Below, piece after piece: positions 27,390-39,907 of a DNA stretch of 64,000 nucleotides (position 1 is the first letter of the stretch; every line of letters starts with the position of its first letter). Below the pieces are notes generated by a model. That model saw only the letters and a program-made list of their open reading frames with translations. It did not search any database and had not been told where the DNA came from. The DNA is from Utricularia gibba. Taxonomy: Eukaryota > Plantae > Magnoliophyta. Position numbers and translations under genes: made by a program. The stretch lies in assembly GCA_002189035.1 (NCBI GenBank), contig CM007990.1, positions 2,666,001-2,730,000 on the forward strand. The letters are read 5' to 3'.

Positions 27390-29357
27390 AGTCACTCTCG
27401 GATGACTTGGATTTATATGTTGAAACAAAAGAATGAAGTGTTGAGATGTTATCAAGGATTCAAAGCCTTTTTTAAGACACAAATTGAGGCTGAAATACAA
27501 ATTCTACGAACTGATAATGTCACAAAATACTTGAATCGCAACTTTTCTAGTTATTTGTTTGAAGAAGAAATGATTCATGAAACAACATGCCCATATACCT
27601 CTGCTAAGAATGGGGTAACATAACGCAAGAACAAGCACCTTCTTGAAGTCTCAAGGTTATTAAATATAAAAATGAATGTGCCAAAATTCTTGTGGTGTGA
27701 GGTCATTCTTCTAATTTTTTATTTGATAAATAGGATGCTATCTCGAGTTTTTTTATCAAAAAACCTCAACCGAAATAATGCTTGGAACTAATACCTTTAT
27801 CATACTTCCAAGAGTCTTTGGTTGCATATGCTTTGTAAAATTATCAACCACATCAAGATAAACTTTATCCTCAAGCACTAAGATGCATCTTTATAGGTCA
27901 CTCATCAAGTCAAAAAGGATACTATTGCTACTCACATGTTAAAAGAAAATTCTATCCAAGCATGGATATATTATTTGAAAATGACATACCATACTATTTG
28001 AAGACAAGTAAGTCAAGCAACCTAGACTAAAAGGGTCACAAGCCCCACTGTTGGGATCATTCCTAGAATAATGGACAAGTATAATACATATTTGGAAGGA
28101 GAAGGTAGTGAATGCATATCTCAAATTGCTGAACTTGATGCGGTTCATCACTCTGATGAACATCCTACTCTAAAAAGATCCTCTAAATCGACTGGTAGAT
28201 TATCACCAGAGAGACATGAAGAATGGGAGGTATGCACTACCTTGTTATCTGTTATTCCTAAAAACTTGTAGCAAGCAAAAAATGATTTGAGATAGTGGGC
28301 CTTCATGAGAGAAGAGATGGCAACTCCAAAGAAAAATAAGACCTAGGAATTAGTGTCATTATTAAAGGGAAAAAAAACTATTGGGTGTAGGCGGTTGCAT
28401 ATTCTGAAATATGATCCTAAGACAAATTCAAAAAGATGCATATCTAGATTTATAGCAAAAGGGTATAGACAAACTTATGGAATTGATTTTGAAGAAACAT
28501 TCGCACCAGTGGCAAAGATGAATACCATTCGGATTTTACTAGCATGTGTAGCAAACTTTAATTGGCCTTTACATCAACTTGATGTAAAGAATGCATTCCT
28601 ACATGCTAATATTTAGGAGGAGATGTATATGGGCATTCCCCTTGGTTTCTCTATGCCACAAATAGAAGGGAAAATGTGTAAGCTAAAGACATCTCTATAT
28701 GGATTGAAGCAGTACCCTCATACATGGTATGAAAAATTTGCCCAGACTATTTGTTGAATGAGATACAAACTAGGCACTGTAGATCCCACCTTTTTTTTGA
28801 CATTCTAACAACAAGATTATGAAACTGGCGGTATATGTAGATGATATCATCATCATAGGGGATGATGAGACTGAAATTTTAAGGTTGAAAAAGTAGTTAG
28901 TAAATGAATTTGAAGTTTGAGACATGAAACTCATGAGATATTCTCTGGGCATAGAGGTATAGAGATCAACTCAAGGCATTATGGTATCTCAAAATAACTA
29001 TGTAAGAGATCCTTTGATAGAAGCAAAGATGACTAATTACAGGATTGCTCGAACACCTAAGATTAGAACATGAAACTCAAAGTAGGACATGGAAACCAGT
29101 GAATAGAGAGCAATATCAGAGTTAGTATGGAGACTAATCTACTTGTGTCATAAACGACTTGATATATCCTATACAATGAGTGTAGTGAGTAGATATATGC
29201 ATGATCCATGCATAACTCACTTGATAGCTGCACAGAGAATCCTTCACTATTTTATAGGATGCCCACAAAAAAAGGAATATGGCTTAAGCCAAATGGTCAT
29301 CTTGATGTCGATGGTCATTGTGATGTAGATTGGGCAAGTAGCCTTGATGATGGACAC
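27390..29357 (+). pseudogene. Copia integrase core, RT and start of RNase H (continuation)
   Basis: HSRMTWIYMLKQKNEV...RTDN; FIAKGYRQTYGIDFEETFAPVAKMNTIRILL...QLDVKNAFLH; GHCDVDWASSLDD. Confidence 0.9.
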
Positions 29358-32300
29358 CAGAAATTTAATGAAATCATCAACAACTACAAGTTGGGAAGCA
29401 TTTTACGGAGAGACAAGATGTCATCAATGCCATAGCACATTATAATATCACTATTGCGCAAAGGAAATACTATGTGATGCACAATGATAAAGCTCAGTAT
29501 CGTGTGATGTGTTGGCAAAAATACAAGCAATATTCTGATTGTCCTTATTTTTGCAACGTTGGATCTCAACGTCGATCAAAGACATGGAAAGTTACGAAGA
29601 TCATAGAGCCTCACACTTGTAAAGTCACACCAAATCTTGCAACATTTCATCGCAATTTAACAAAACCGAGAATTGCCCCTGAATTGATGAATCATCTACA
29701 TGAAAAATTAACAGCAAAGGATGTTATTGCAATAGCAAAAAAACATTGGGGGTATGATATTCCCTATTGGCAAGCTTGGTCAAGTTTGTATAAAGTATAT
29801 GAGCTACGGTATGGAACATGGGAAGACTCATTATCTAAACTTCCAAGTTATCTAGAGGAGGTTTTTCGAACGAATCCTAGAATGATAGTGACATGGGATC
29901 ACGTTGGGGCATATGAGAATGACAATTATATATTTCGCAAAGTATTATGGGCATTCGGATTTACTATTGACGCCTTCTCTCATTGTAGACCAGTATTATG
30001 CATTGATGCTACGCATTTATATGGTCGTTATGATTACAACTTGTTGGCTGCTGTTGCAATTAATGCTAATAATTGTGTAGGCCCAATCACATATGCTTTT
30101 GTACCAAGTGAAGAAGGGGAAGATTGGGCATTTTTTATAAAGCAATTAGATATATATCTGATACGTGGGAGGTAAGGAGTATGCCTAATCAGTGATCGGG
30201 GATCAGGACTCTTAGTAGCTTATAAGCTCTATAAGCATTTTTATATGAGTTGTTGAACTTCATTGTCACTATGGAACAGGGTGCCAACCAAAAAAAAAAA
30301 ACAGAAAGGTGAATGAAGGGTCGAAAACAAAAAAAGAGAAAAAACAAATGAGACCCAAATCCTAAAAAGCAGCACATATAAAAAAAAAGCATGTGCGGAC
30401 TCAATAAGTGGTGAAAGGATGAGTGGGGATAGATTAATCGGGAGGAGTATGGAGAAGCCTGGGGTTATAAGGTGTGAGTGCTTGCCCAACACTCTGATAA
30501 AGAAAAGGCATTGACAGTGTGCCCGGATCAATCTAGAACAAGCTACCCCTTCACTGCCCCAAAAAAAAAGAAAAGAAAAGAAAAAGGAAAAAAATGAGTT
30601 GGCTACCGTGACTGTAAGTGACCTTGGAGGGATCAATTATATAAGGTATGATCTTCAAAAACACTCCTCAAGAGGAATCTACTTATGCATATTTGAGTGA
30701 TGAAATGACATGCACACTTGCACTTTTGTAGCTCATGTACCGAAATTTATTCTCAATTGTTTATGTTTATCGCTGATGCTGAAAGAACCGGTTTTCTGTT
30801 AGTCTTAGGTAGGACTTGGAGACAAGTCTAGTGTCGTTGTAGCATAGTGTGATAGCACAAAAATTTTCATGTTTTAAGATATGAAAAATCATAAATTTTT
30901 AATTATATTTAAGTGTTAATTTTATAGTTTTAAATATTTTTATTTGATTAGGAAAAAATATGATTTTTGGTGTATTAGTGATCTAAATCCTTTGATTTAG
31001 CCCACCCCATGTCTAACCCGATTTTGGAGTCTAGCATCAACCCAAGAATCAAGTAAAAACCTGGATTTCGTGCAAGTCATCAGGGTGCAGGGGGCAATGA
31101 GTACACTATCACGATGCCAGTCTGCAAGTCAGGGGCAAGAGCAATAAATTTTTCAGAGAATGTACTTGCCTTGGGTAGTGGGAAGCGAGAGAAAGAGGAG
31201 AAGGAGAGAAAGTCGCTAAAAGGGGGGTTCACCCAGAATTTTCATAACACACACGAGGTGGTTTCTCCCCCAACACGAACAAAAAGAATACTGAAGGACA
31301 AGGAGGAAGAAAAGCGATTTTTTTTCTAGTAAAGAACCTCCAGCTTGAAGGAAGAAGATCAAGACCCAATTCAACGTTACTGTTCCAAACTATGAACAGT
31401 AGCAGACGGAAATCAGAACATCACTGCTTTCTTTTAGTTTGTTGATATCTTTAGTTTCTGCAACAAACTTCTACACGATGTTCTTAACATTTTCTTTGTT
31501 TTATGTTAATAACATCAGTTTTTACCTTTAAAGCATGAGTAGCTAAACCCTCGTAGTGCCTTAAGGTGAAGTATGGTGGTGTGGGTCTAGAAGTCTTAAT
31601 AAAATTGACCATTGCTTTTTAGTCCTTGTTTCTATCAAAGCATGGATAGACCTAAGGAGGGGAACAAGTAGCTTCGCAACTTAGATGCTTGATTTAGAGG
31701 TAGACCAACAAATCAAGACAAAAACAGTAGGTGTTAGTCCGGGGTAGAACCAGTTGAATCGAGTAGACCTAGTTCTATATGCTTTGCATGCGGATAGACC
31801 TAATTGCACGATTGGTGATGATATGGAGGACTAGCTTGGCCGAAAATATGATGAATGATCTGGGTAGACTTAGGTTATTTAAAGTTGTGAGTGTAGGAAC
31901 ATGGTAGATTAAATTAAGAATTTTGGTACCACACCATCTATAAATCCTTAAGGCACCTTAGTATTATTTTGAGTTAAAACCAATACCCGTTAGCTTAGCG
32001 TTAATACTTGATATTGCTTACTGATCTTGTTTACTAAACTTGTTTACCACTGTTGGTCTAAGCTTAGACTAAGACTTACCATTACTTTGAATTCTGCATT
32101 TGCTGAAATACATGACAAGTACAAGCTTCTTGTGATCGACCCCGAATTCCATTGTACACTTTCCATTTATTAGAAAGCAATCCCATTGAATCAGTGGACT
32201 TTATTATATGACGGTGGCCATCGGTAAGTTACATTTATGTTCTTCTATTTAGTTTTTTTATGGAGTATATGCCTTACTCAATAATTGAAAACAGACATAC

Positions 32301-33130
32301 TATCATGACTACAAATCATGTGGAGGCGCTCAACAGTGCATTGTGTGAAGCTCGTCAGCTGCCATCAATGGAAATTGCAAAGGTAATACTATTATCCATA
32401 GTTCAATTACATGCAAATTTTGACACTAATAAATTACATTTAGGTTACTTTCGAGAAAGGTAGAGAATATTTCGAGAGATACAGGGTGGCCGCCAAGGCT
32501 AGAGTAGCGAAAAGAATCTCATTTGGGGAACAAATTCAAAATAAGTATGATGCATCATCTAGATTACTACCTCAACTCAATTGTACTGTGTACAATTCCT
32601 TTGAGTAGGAGGTGGAAATCACATTCAAGACAAGAGATGAGATAGAGTCTTGCAAGGTTAATGTGAAAAAACAAGTATGTGAAATATTCTAGCAATGTGA
32701 CCGCTACTCCTATTGTCATGCTCAAAAGATAAACTAAAATGAAATATATATGTTATACTATTACCATTTCACAACTAATTATCATTTTTTGTAGGCTTGT
32801 CATCACTTTCGAGTGAATCCAAAAGACAAAGTAAGTGACTATTATCGATCTCATTATCTTGTTAATACATATAGTAGTTAGGTTCATCTTGTTCGAGATG
32901 AGCGGAAATGGGGACCAGCACCTTTTAAGCTATTGGTTGATCCATCACGACGCAGAGCAAAGAAAAGAGAAACAACCCAAAAAACACGGCTGAAGGGTAC
33001 AATAGATTTTCAAAGAAAAGGAAGATATCATCATCATCAACAAAAACAAGGAAAGATCCAAATTCTATTGATACTAACTTCAGTATATCCACACTAGATG
33101 AACAACTTGATGTCTCTTCTACACTAGAGC
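29358..33130 (+). pseudogene. MuDRA-like transposase, interrupted and decayed
   Basis: ORF 29474-30175: FSHCRPVLCIDATHLYGRY...FVPSEEGEDWAFF then LISDRGSG; after the insert IMTTNHVEALNSALCEARQLP and a SWIM-like remnant. Confidence 0.85.
30265..32223 (+). mobile_element. Athila-type 3' fragment plus LTR (family B; LTR about 30850-32223)
   Basis: TGATAGCACAAAAATTTTC start; homologous to 54360-55760 (reverse) and 62455-63812. Confidence 0.75.
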
Positions 33131-33759
33131 CACCATCAAGAATAGATTCAACTCTGTTGTCTCCACAATTGACCACTGCTTCAAGTTCAAGGTTAAGACA
33201 CTCGTCATATAAGGGAAACTCTTGGAATCCAGAAGAATATTCAGCATATATACCTCCAAGGTATTCAATTTCACATCCTCAATCATCACAAAAACCCTTC
33301 TCATCAATGTATATATCCCAACCAATACAATAAGGAACCAAATCAAAATCATTGGTTGGTAGACTTGTTCGGAGCTTGCTTCCACCAAGGAAAAGATGAA
33401 ATTATGTGTATTATCTTTATTTCAAAGTGAAGTATGCTCATTTTAAATAAATAATTACATTTTCAGATTTATGTTTTCATGTTCCATCAATATTTTGGTT
33501 AATACATAAATCATAATATTAAAAGATAATTTGTTATTTATTCTCATATGATTTAGGATATTTGTTTCATGGTTTTTTGAAATTATTTTTTAATATTACA
33601 ATTTACCATTAGTATTTTTTTACATAGATGTTCTTTAATACACAAACAAAACCTATATAACATGTATAATTGTAAATTCTTATGAATTAAATATACAAAA
33701 ACGAATTACTGATGTTTTAATTATTTAAATTTCATTAACTGATTTAAATAAAAATTATA

Positions 33760-34150
33760 AGTAAACATTGGTCAAATAATCTTCTTATATATATATATAT
33801 TTTTCGTTAAACAATATTACTTTTTGTATATCATATTTAATATAATAAAAATCTAATTTTTAGTTACAAAAAATTGAAATATAAGCATATATAAATATAA
33901 TTGATATTTCAATTTTATGTTCTTATTTATAAATTCATAAATAGAGATATTATTTAGGTATCTCTATAACTCTAATTGTTTACTAAATAAGAACATAAAA
34001 TCGAAATAACAATTATATCTATATATATATTTATATTTCAATGTTTTATAAATAAAAATTAGTTACTTTTATTATATTAAATATGATATATAAAAAAATA
34101 TAGCTTTTTAGCAGAAAAAATACAAAAGAATGCTATTTGATCAATATTTA
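33760..34150. repeat. AT-rich foldback (inverted repeat) element
   Basis: Paired arms: TTGGTCAAATA/TATTTGATCAA, ATATCATATTTAATATAATAAA/TTTATTATATTAAATATGATAT, TTTTATGTTCTTATTTA/TAAATAAGAACATAAAA, ATAGAGATA/TATCTCTAT. Confidence 0.75.
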
Positions 34151-35054
34151 TCAAATAGGTTATATAAACAATGAATTTTTTGAATTAGGCTATTTAACTA
34201 ATTAAATTTTAATCTAATATATCACAAATTTGCAAATGTTACAAAATTAATTGGGTAATTTGGAAATATTATAAAATTTCGAAATATTTTTTCAAATTCA
34301 TTTAAATCAATAAATTACAGGTTTATTAATAAAATTAAATTGAAAATGTTTAAAATTTATTTTCAATTAAAGTCTTTTAATTTTTTTTAAAAAGTACATG
34401 TATATTTAACTACAACAATCTTATGTAAATAATAAAACTAATGATTGTGTTATTTGAAATAATAATAACATGAATATTCTAATAAAAAATAAGTAATTAT
34501 ATATATTTGTGTAATGATAAAAAAAGAGGAGGTATTTTGATAATTTTTTTGATCTTATACGGTCATATTAACAAAACTATCCAACTCCTATAATGTTGGA
34601 GAGACATGATATAATTTTATTTCAATTTTTTTAATTCTTAATTATTACATGATTATTTTTTATTTCTTAGTATCTAATTAATCAAGGTTACTAAAATTAT
34701 GAAATCAATATCTATAATATACAAGTGAATTTATGGATTTATGAAATATAAATACATTTATATTTAAAACAAAAATTTATTTATTGAAAATATATTTAAT
34801 ATCTAGTAGATTATGATTAACTATGATGCAAATTAAAAATAAGAACTAATTTGTAGAAACAACAAATAAAGTAAAATAAATATATTTTAATAAAAAACAA
34901 GTATTTTGATAACAAATAATATATGTAAAAAACGAAAAAAATGCAGTTATTTTTACAAAAAAATTAGTAAACACGGGTAGTTTGATAATAATGTTAAAAC
35001 AACAGGTATTTTAACAAAAACTTTTTCTGACACAGGTATTTATCTAAATTGGCC

Positions 35055-35425
35055 TGACCGACACTATCTATGGATATTGTGTGCTTGTTGGAGGTTATGT
35101 GGTGGTATGGAGTTGTAAGAAACAAAATATTGTAGCTTGTTCAACAGCAAAATTAGAATATCAAGTAATGGCCTTAATCATTTGTGAAATGATGTGGGTT
35201 AAGCAACTATCAGTATTTCCATCAATTCTTTGCAATATGATAATACCAAACATATGGAGATTGATCATTTCTTTATTGAAGATTATTTGCAGAATAATAA
35301 ACTAAAGTTGAAGCATATGACCTTTGAAGAACAACTTACAAATGCACTAGCTAAAGGAATCAACATTGCAAAACACAGAGTGTTCTGTAACAAGATAAAC
35401 CTAGTAAACTCACAAGAGTCATCTT
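35055..35425 (+). pseudogene. Copia RNase H C-terminal part
   Basis: GYCVLVGGYVVVWSCKKQNIVACSTAKLEYQVMA; TKHMEIDHFFI...EQLTNALAKG. Confidence 0.85.
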
Positions 35426-35434
35426 GAGGAAGAG

Positions 35435-35589
35435 TATTAGAATATATATTATGTACTTGTTTATATATTAATTAGATAGTAGGTGCAATTAACGCGTGAG
35501 TGATTGTAAGAACTACTCTGCTTTCTATTTTCAAAGGATAAGTATGCTTCTACGTTGGTCCACAAATTTGCAATCTTCAATTCTCAACT
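35435..35589 (+). repeat. Copia 3' LTR (155 bp, TA...CT)
   Basis: TATTAGAATATATATTATG...CCACAAATTTGCAATCTTCAATTCTCAACT, after the PPT and before TSD TGGAG. Confidence 0.8.
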
Positions 35590-35768
35590 TGGAGCATAGA
35601 GCATTAGAAGGGAACACAGATGGATCACTCAATCAACACAGGTGGATACACTTTAGGAAGGAGGGAACAATCTCAACTCACAACATAATCCGGGGAGAAA
35701 GTGTTCCGAGTGCATTCGCAGCATGCAAAACCGATACTTCTCATTTCACTTGTATCTAAAATGGATGA

Positions 35769-37998
35769 TCATTCTTGGACGCATGAGCTGGCAAATTTGT
35801 CGCACAGAACCGATGGTCCATCTATCTTTCTGCATACATAAATGAAGTGGGAATCAGGGTCTTCCATGACATAACTAACAGGAAGCTGCCCGGTCTCTGT
35901 TAGAGGAACAGGTTCCAAGTGCGTGTTTGCAGCTACCGATTCAACAGCTCTGCGGAATCCAGGTCTAGCTGCAGATGCCAAGGGACAAAGAGATATCAGT
36001 ACATTTCCAATGAAGATTTACTTAATTCAAATCAATAGATTTGACTATCATGATACGATAATATGCCAGGATAGCAACCACTCATTGAACTGTATGCATG
36101 ATTAAGGAAATATGTAATCAGTTGGCGAATCCATTGCTACGGCTTTAAAGAGGGTAGTATATTATTCTGAGTTAAAATTGCAGATAACAATAATTTGCAT
36201 GTTATTCTGAGTTCAACTGGAGATAACACCTTCACATTAACGGGACAGGGTAACTGAGTGAAGTAACTAACCACCAAAAATGACTTCCAATGCGTGAAAT
36301 CTTCATACTAGAGGTTGGATTGCAGGGTCGTAAAGGAAATAGGAATCACTTACGTATAACATACAGTTCAATTTTCCAATTGTATCTTGATAGCTTTATA
36401 TGGGGCATTCTTGTCTTGGGATCACCGTAAGTTATCTGTTAACAGACATAAGAAGAAATTCCATTGTGAACTGTAGCTTGATACTACCAGGATTTAGACA
36501 CACACAGAGAGCCATAAATTTACCAACATATAGATTCCTCCAGGTTTGAGAAGCCTGCATTTGAAAATAATTTAGTCCTAGGAGTCAAGGCTGAACGAAT
36601 CTAGGAGATGTTACAGCTATGCAGAAAAATATAGTGGCATTCGGAACCAGATAAAGGCAAACCTGCTCACTTCGCCCAACATTTGAGAAGCACTAATTGA
36701 GGCATTGGTACCACACTACGAATTCATGCCAATGAGAAGGAAAAGGTATTAGTATTTCCGGTGAACAGACAAATATTAGAGGAGTAAAGTGTCACTCACC
36801 ATCAATGAGTCAAGTGTCCCTACCATGGAGAACACACCTTGGTTATTGGATGTTTGAGAGACCAAATAAATGAGATCTTAAGAAAATTTACAGAAAGAGA
36901 GTAGCCACAAACCTTTATCTATCACACTATCGAATGAATCATCAGGAAAAAAACTCATATCCTTGACATCCATTTGCATGTCTGTATAACTTGTCGAGGA
37001 GACCAACACATAATATCAAGTACTTTTCTACGGAGAAGCAGTCACAGCAAGACATTGACAACTGACCAAGGATATCAACATTAGAGAACAAATAACATAT
37101 ACTGATAAAAAAGAAAAGGAATCTAGGCCTTAATTTTGCAAGGATACACTTCAACTGAGGTATGTGCTCACATTTCTTTCTCATCATCGCAATAACCACC
37201 GATGATATGTCAATATTTACTATATCTTCAAAACCATCTTTCACCATATCTTCAGAGATAACTGGTAATAAAATTGAATAATGATAGGTTTATATAATGT
37301 AGAACATTTCAAAAGGGGATGGGAGGTACATCAGTGGGATATTGACAACATCATAAAATGAGTACGTCATATGTGTAACATAAGATTCTGAAACAAAGGT
37401 CAGCCTTTTACAACAATAAGAAGTTAACCCCAACTCCTGAGGAGCATTGGAAATTATAATATCCAGATACAGGAGAAAACATGTGGTTGGTGACAGTCAA
37501 CCTCATTAAGGGCTATCCAGAGAACTCAAGTACAAAAAACTTTAGTGATGACGAATGACGAAGAGCTTATGATTAACCACTCATTTAAATCAAGGAATCA
37601 AATCTGTTGCAATACCCATCTAGCCACTTGAAAACTTCAGAGAACTAGAGAAACAGCTTCAATCAACACAGTAGCAGCCTTTCCCTCTACATAGAAGGTA
37701 CCGAGCAACCGAATTTCCCAGATGCATTCATCGATGATAAAATCTCACCCACCAAACGCAGCACCATCAAGCTTTCAGAAGTAAATTGCACCTCAGTGAG
37801 AAACTCACCCGCATTTCCACATCCAACCATGAGAACACGTGAGTTAGTAGCGACATACTTTCGAATCAAGGGGTGTAGAGCAGAGTAACGCTGGTACCAG
37901 TCGAAAGCACCAGAGCCCGCTTCCTGCACGTAACGAGAATCCCAGTAACGGGAATCGCCGTAGTTGTATGTGTCGGAAAGGGAAACGTCACGGAACAT
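35769..37998 (-). CDS. SAM-dependent methyltransferase, EEF1AKMT4/METTL13 N-terminal-like; 8 exons, 252 aa, intact
   Basis: Exons 37998-37809, 37261-37148, 36981-36913, 36819-36800, 36715-36663, 36554-36524, 36435-36354, 35968-35769; all introns GT-AG with consistent phases, 759 nt. Motifs YWDSRY, FDWYQRY, LMVGCGN, NIDIS, FDSVIDKGTLDSLMCG, LKPGGIYMLITYGDP, EDPDSHFIYVC. Confidence 0.93.
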
Positions 37999-38778
37999 GA
38001 CAGCGGCGGAAAGTTTAAAGCAATCTTCGAAATCTGTGCTGGAGGTTGAAATTGCAAGGGAGGATCGCCGACAGCTCTACGATTTTTCAGCTTCTTGGCC
38101 GGAAAATGAGGCAGTCGGAGGGGCAGCCGAGTTTGGTATTGGGAGTTTCGTTGGCTGTAGGCAGTTAGGCACAAATCATTAAGCCCTTGTTTGTTAGGTA
38201 AGTTTAAATTAAAAAGGTTTAGATTATTTTAGTTTATTGTATCCCATAAATAATGGTTTAGAATAAATATGTGTTTGGTAGATAGGGTTAAATAATATGG
38301 GATTTTCAATTTTATATATTTGTTAGAAGGGTTTATGCATAGGTTCTCAATAATCGAAAATATGAATTTTCTAATATGCACTTTATGTATAATATAATAT
38401 CTTATTATTCTATTTTGACCTCACATGTAGAAGCGTGAGATTCAGATTGGGGAATTCGAAACCCTCGAGTTGCGATGTGCATGGATCTTCGGCTCATGCA
38501 ACTTTGGGAGCAAGTTTGATTTACCAAAAAATTGGGTATTGGGTGATGCACTATGTATTTTTTTCTCAAATTTGAGGCATTTATTTCATTGGCCGATTGA
38601 ATGACCTTACCACGTGGATTGAGACTGGGTGTTAGTGTGCGTGATGTTTTTTGAGTAATATGGCTGTGAATTGTGCCCCTGAAACCCATATAATGTTGTT
38701 ATACTTCCTGTGCCATATTGAGCTACACGTGCATTGTGGTTTTTTCATGGGTTGCGCACTTATGTATTGGTTGCAGAA

Positions 38779-39863
38779 ATGGTTGGAGCAAGTGTGCCTA
38801 CAACAAAACGTGGAAGAAGTGGTGATAACATTAAGACCAAAAGACAGTGGAAACCTGATAAAGAGCGCTTTCTGATCCACGCTCTAAAGGATATAATTCA
38901 AGGTGGATGGAAAGCAGAGAATGGATTCAAATGTAATTACCTTCAAGCACTAGAGGAGGCGTTCCTCAAATTGTGTCCCGGCTCAGATATCAGAGGCACT
39001 CCCCACATGCAATCAAAGATTCATAACTGGAAAAAAGATTACAATGCCCTATCTGACTTTCTCAATAAGTCAGGTACCAGGTATGATAACTCAACAAACA
39101 TGGTAGATGCTAGTGAGGATTTGTGGGTGGAGTTCAAATAGGTATTGTTGTTCTAATATATATGTAGTAGGTAGTTCCTATGAGATTATTAATATACACT
39201 TATGGATTACATGTGCAGCACAATGAAAAGGTGTACAATTTGTTGCGGTTTAAGCGTTGGCCTTACTATTCATATTGGTGCATCATCTTTGGCAAAGATA
39301 GAGCCACCGGAGAATTTGTAGAATGTATCCCTGATGCTGCTGATGCAACACAGCAGGCTGATGACTCTATGGCCGGTTTGGAACAACCATTGCATCTTCT
39401 TGAGTATCTTGAAGTGGAGGTTGACTCGGAAAAAAATGGTGACCAAAGAGGTAATCACACTACACCAACCAAGGGTGATGAACCTAGGAAGAAGAAGAGG
39501 AGGCAAGGTCCAGAACTTGATAGCTTGGTGGAGGAGTTGAAAGAAATGAGTAAGCGAACAAATGATGCCATCGCACAACTGGGAGAAATACTTACTGCTG
39601 AAAACAATGACCTACGGGAACTTCGAAATGCTGCTGCAGACATCATCCGAGGGATGCCATTGCAATTAACTACAATGCAGCGACTAGGAGTGACTGAAGT
39701 CATCTTGAGTAACCCCATAAAGCTACAACTTTTTCTGGACAGCAATAGTGCAGAACATGAGGTTATGATGGATGGGATTGTGAGAGGTCTACGATGTTCG
39801 TTACACCTCTGTTTTTCCTTTGTTGTTTTGATCATATCCACTTATGATGTCCATGTATCATGA
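38779..39863 (+). pseudogene. Harbinger Myb/SANT-like DNA-binding protein gene with an in-frame stop at the end of exon 1
   Basis: KRQWKPDKERFLIHAL...WKAENGFK...SKIHNWKKDY; intron 39142-39218 (GT-AG); TAG at 39139-39141; WPYYSYWCIIFGKDRATGE. The 3' end is approximate. Confidence 0.85.
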
Positions 39864-39907
39864 CGATCATTTTGCTTTGCATGACAATATTACGCTTTAC
39901 ATGTTTG

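Larger units (their letters stand above)
29358..35054 (+). mobile_element. MuDR/MULE DNA transposon inserted in Copia RNase H; left terminus missing
   Basis: Copia frame breaks at 29357 and resumes at 35055; flanks TGATGGACAC / TGACCGACAC (8 of 10 match); right end ...ATCTAAATTGGCC. Confidence 0.7.
17925..35589 (+). mobile_element. Ale-like Copia retrotransposon, two LTRs, hosting three large nested insertions
   Basis: Short homologous LTRs 17925-18096 and 35435-35589; PBS-like TGGTAGTATAGCC 18097-18109; PPT GAGGAAGAG 35426-35434; TSD TGGAG at 17920-17924 and 35590-35594; gag-PR-INT-RT-RH order recovered. Confidence 0.85.

Noticed and set aside
31114-31329. Lys/Glu/Arg-rich ORFs repeated at 55266-55601 and 62700-62894
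   Set aside because: They translate the purine-rich part of family B LTRs, and frames are not conserved.
37687-37998. 103-aa ORF read as a complete small protein
   Set aside because: It is exon 1 of the methyltransferase running into intron 1 (donor GTGAG at 37808).
38179-38182. piggyBac assignment from TTAA flanks
   Set aside because: The TIR sequence and the enclosed Myb and nuclease are Harbinger-type; TTAA contains the TTA/TAA target.
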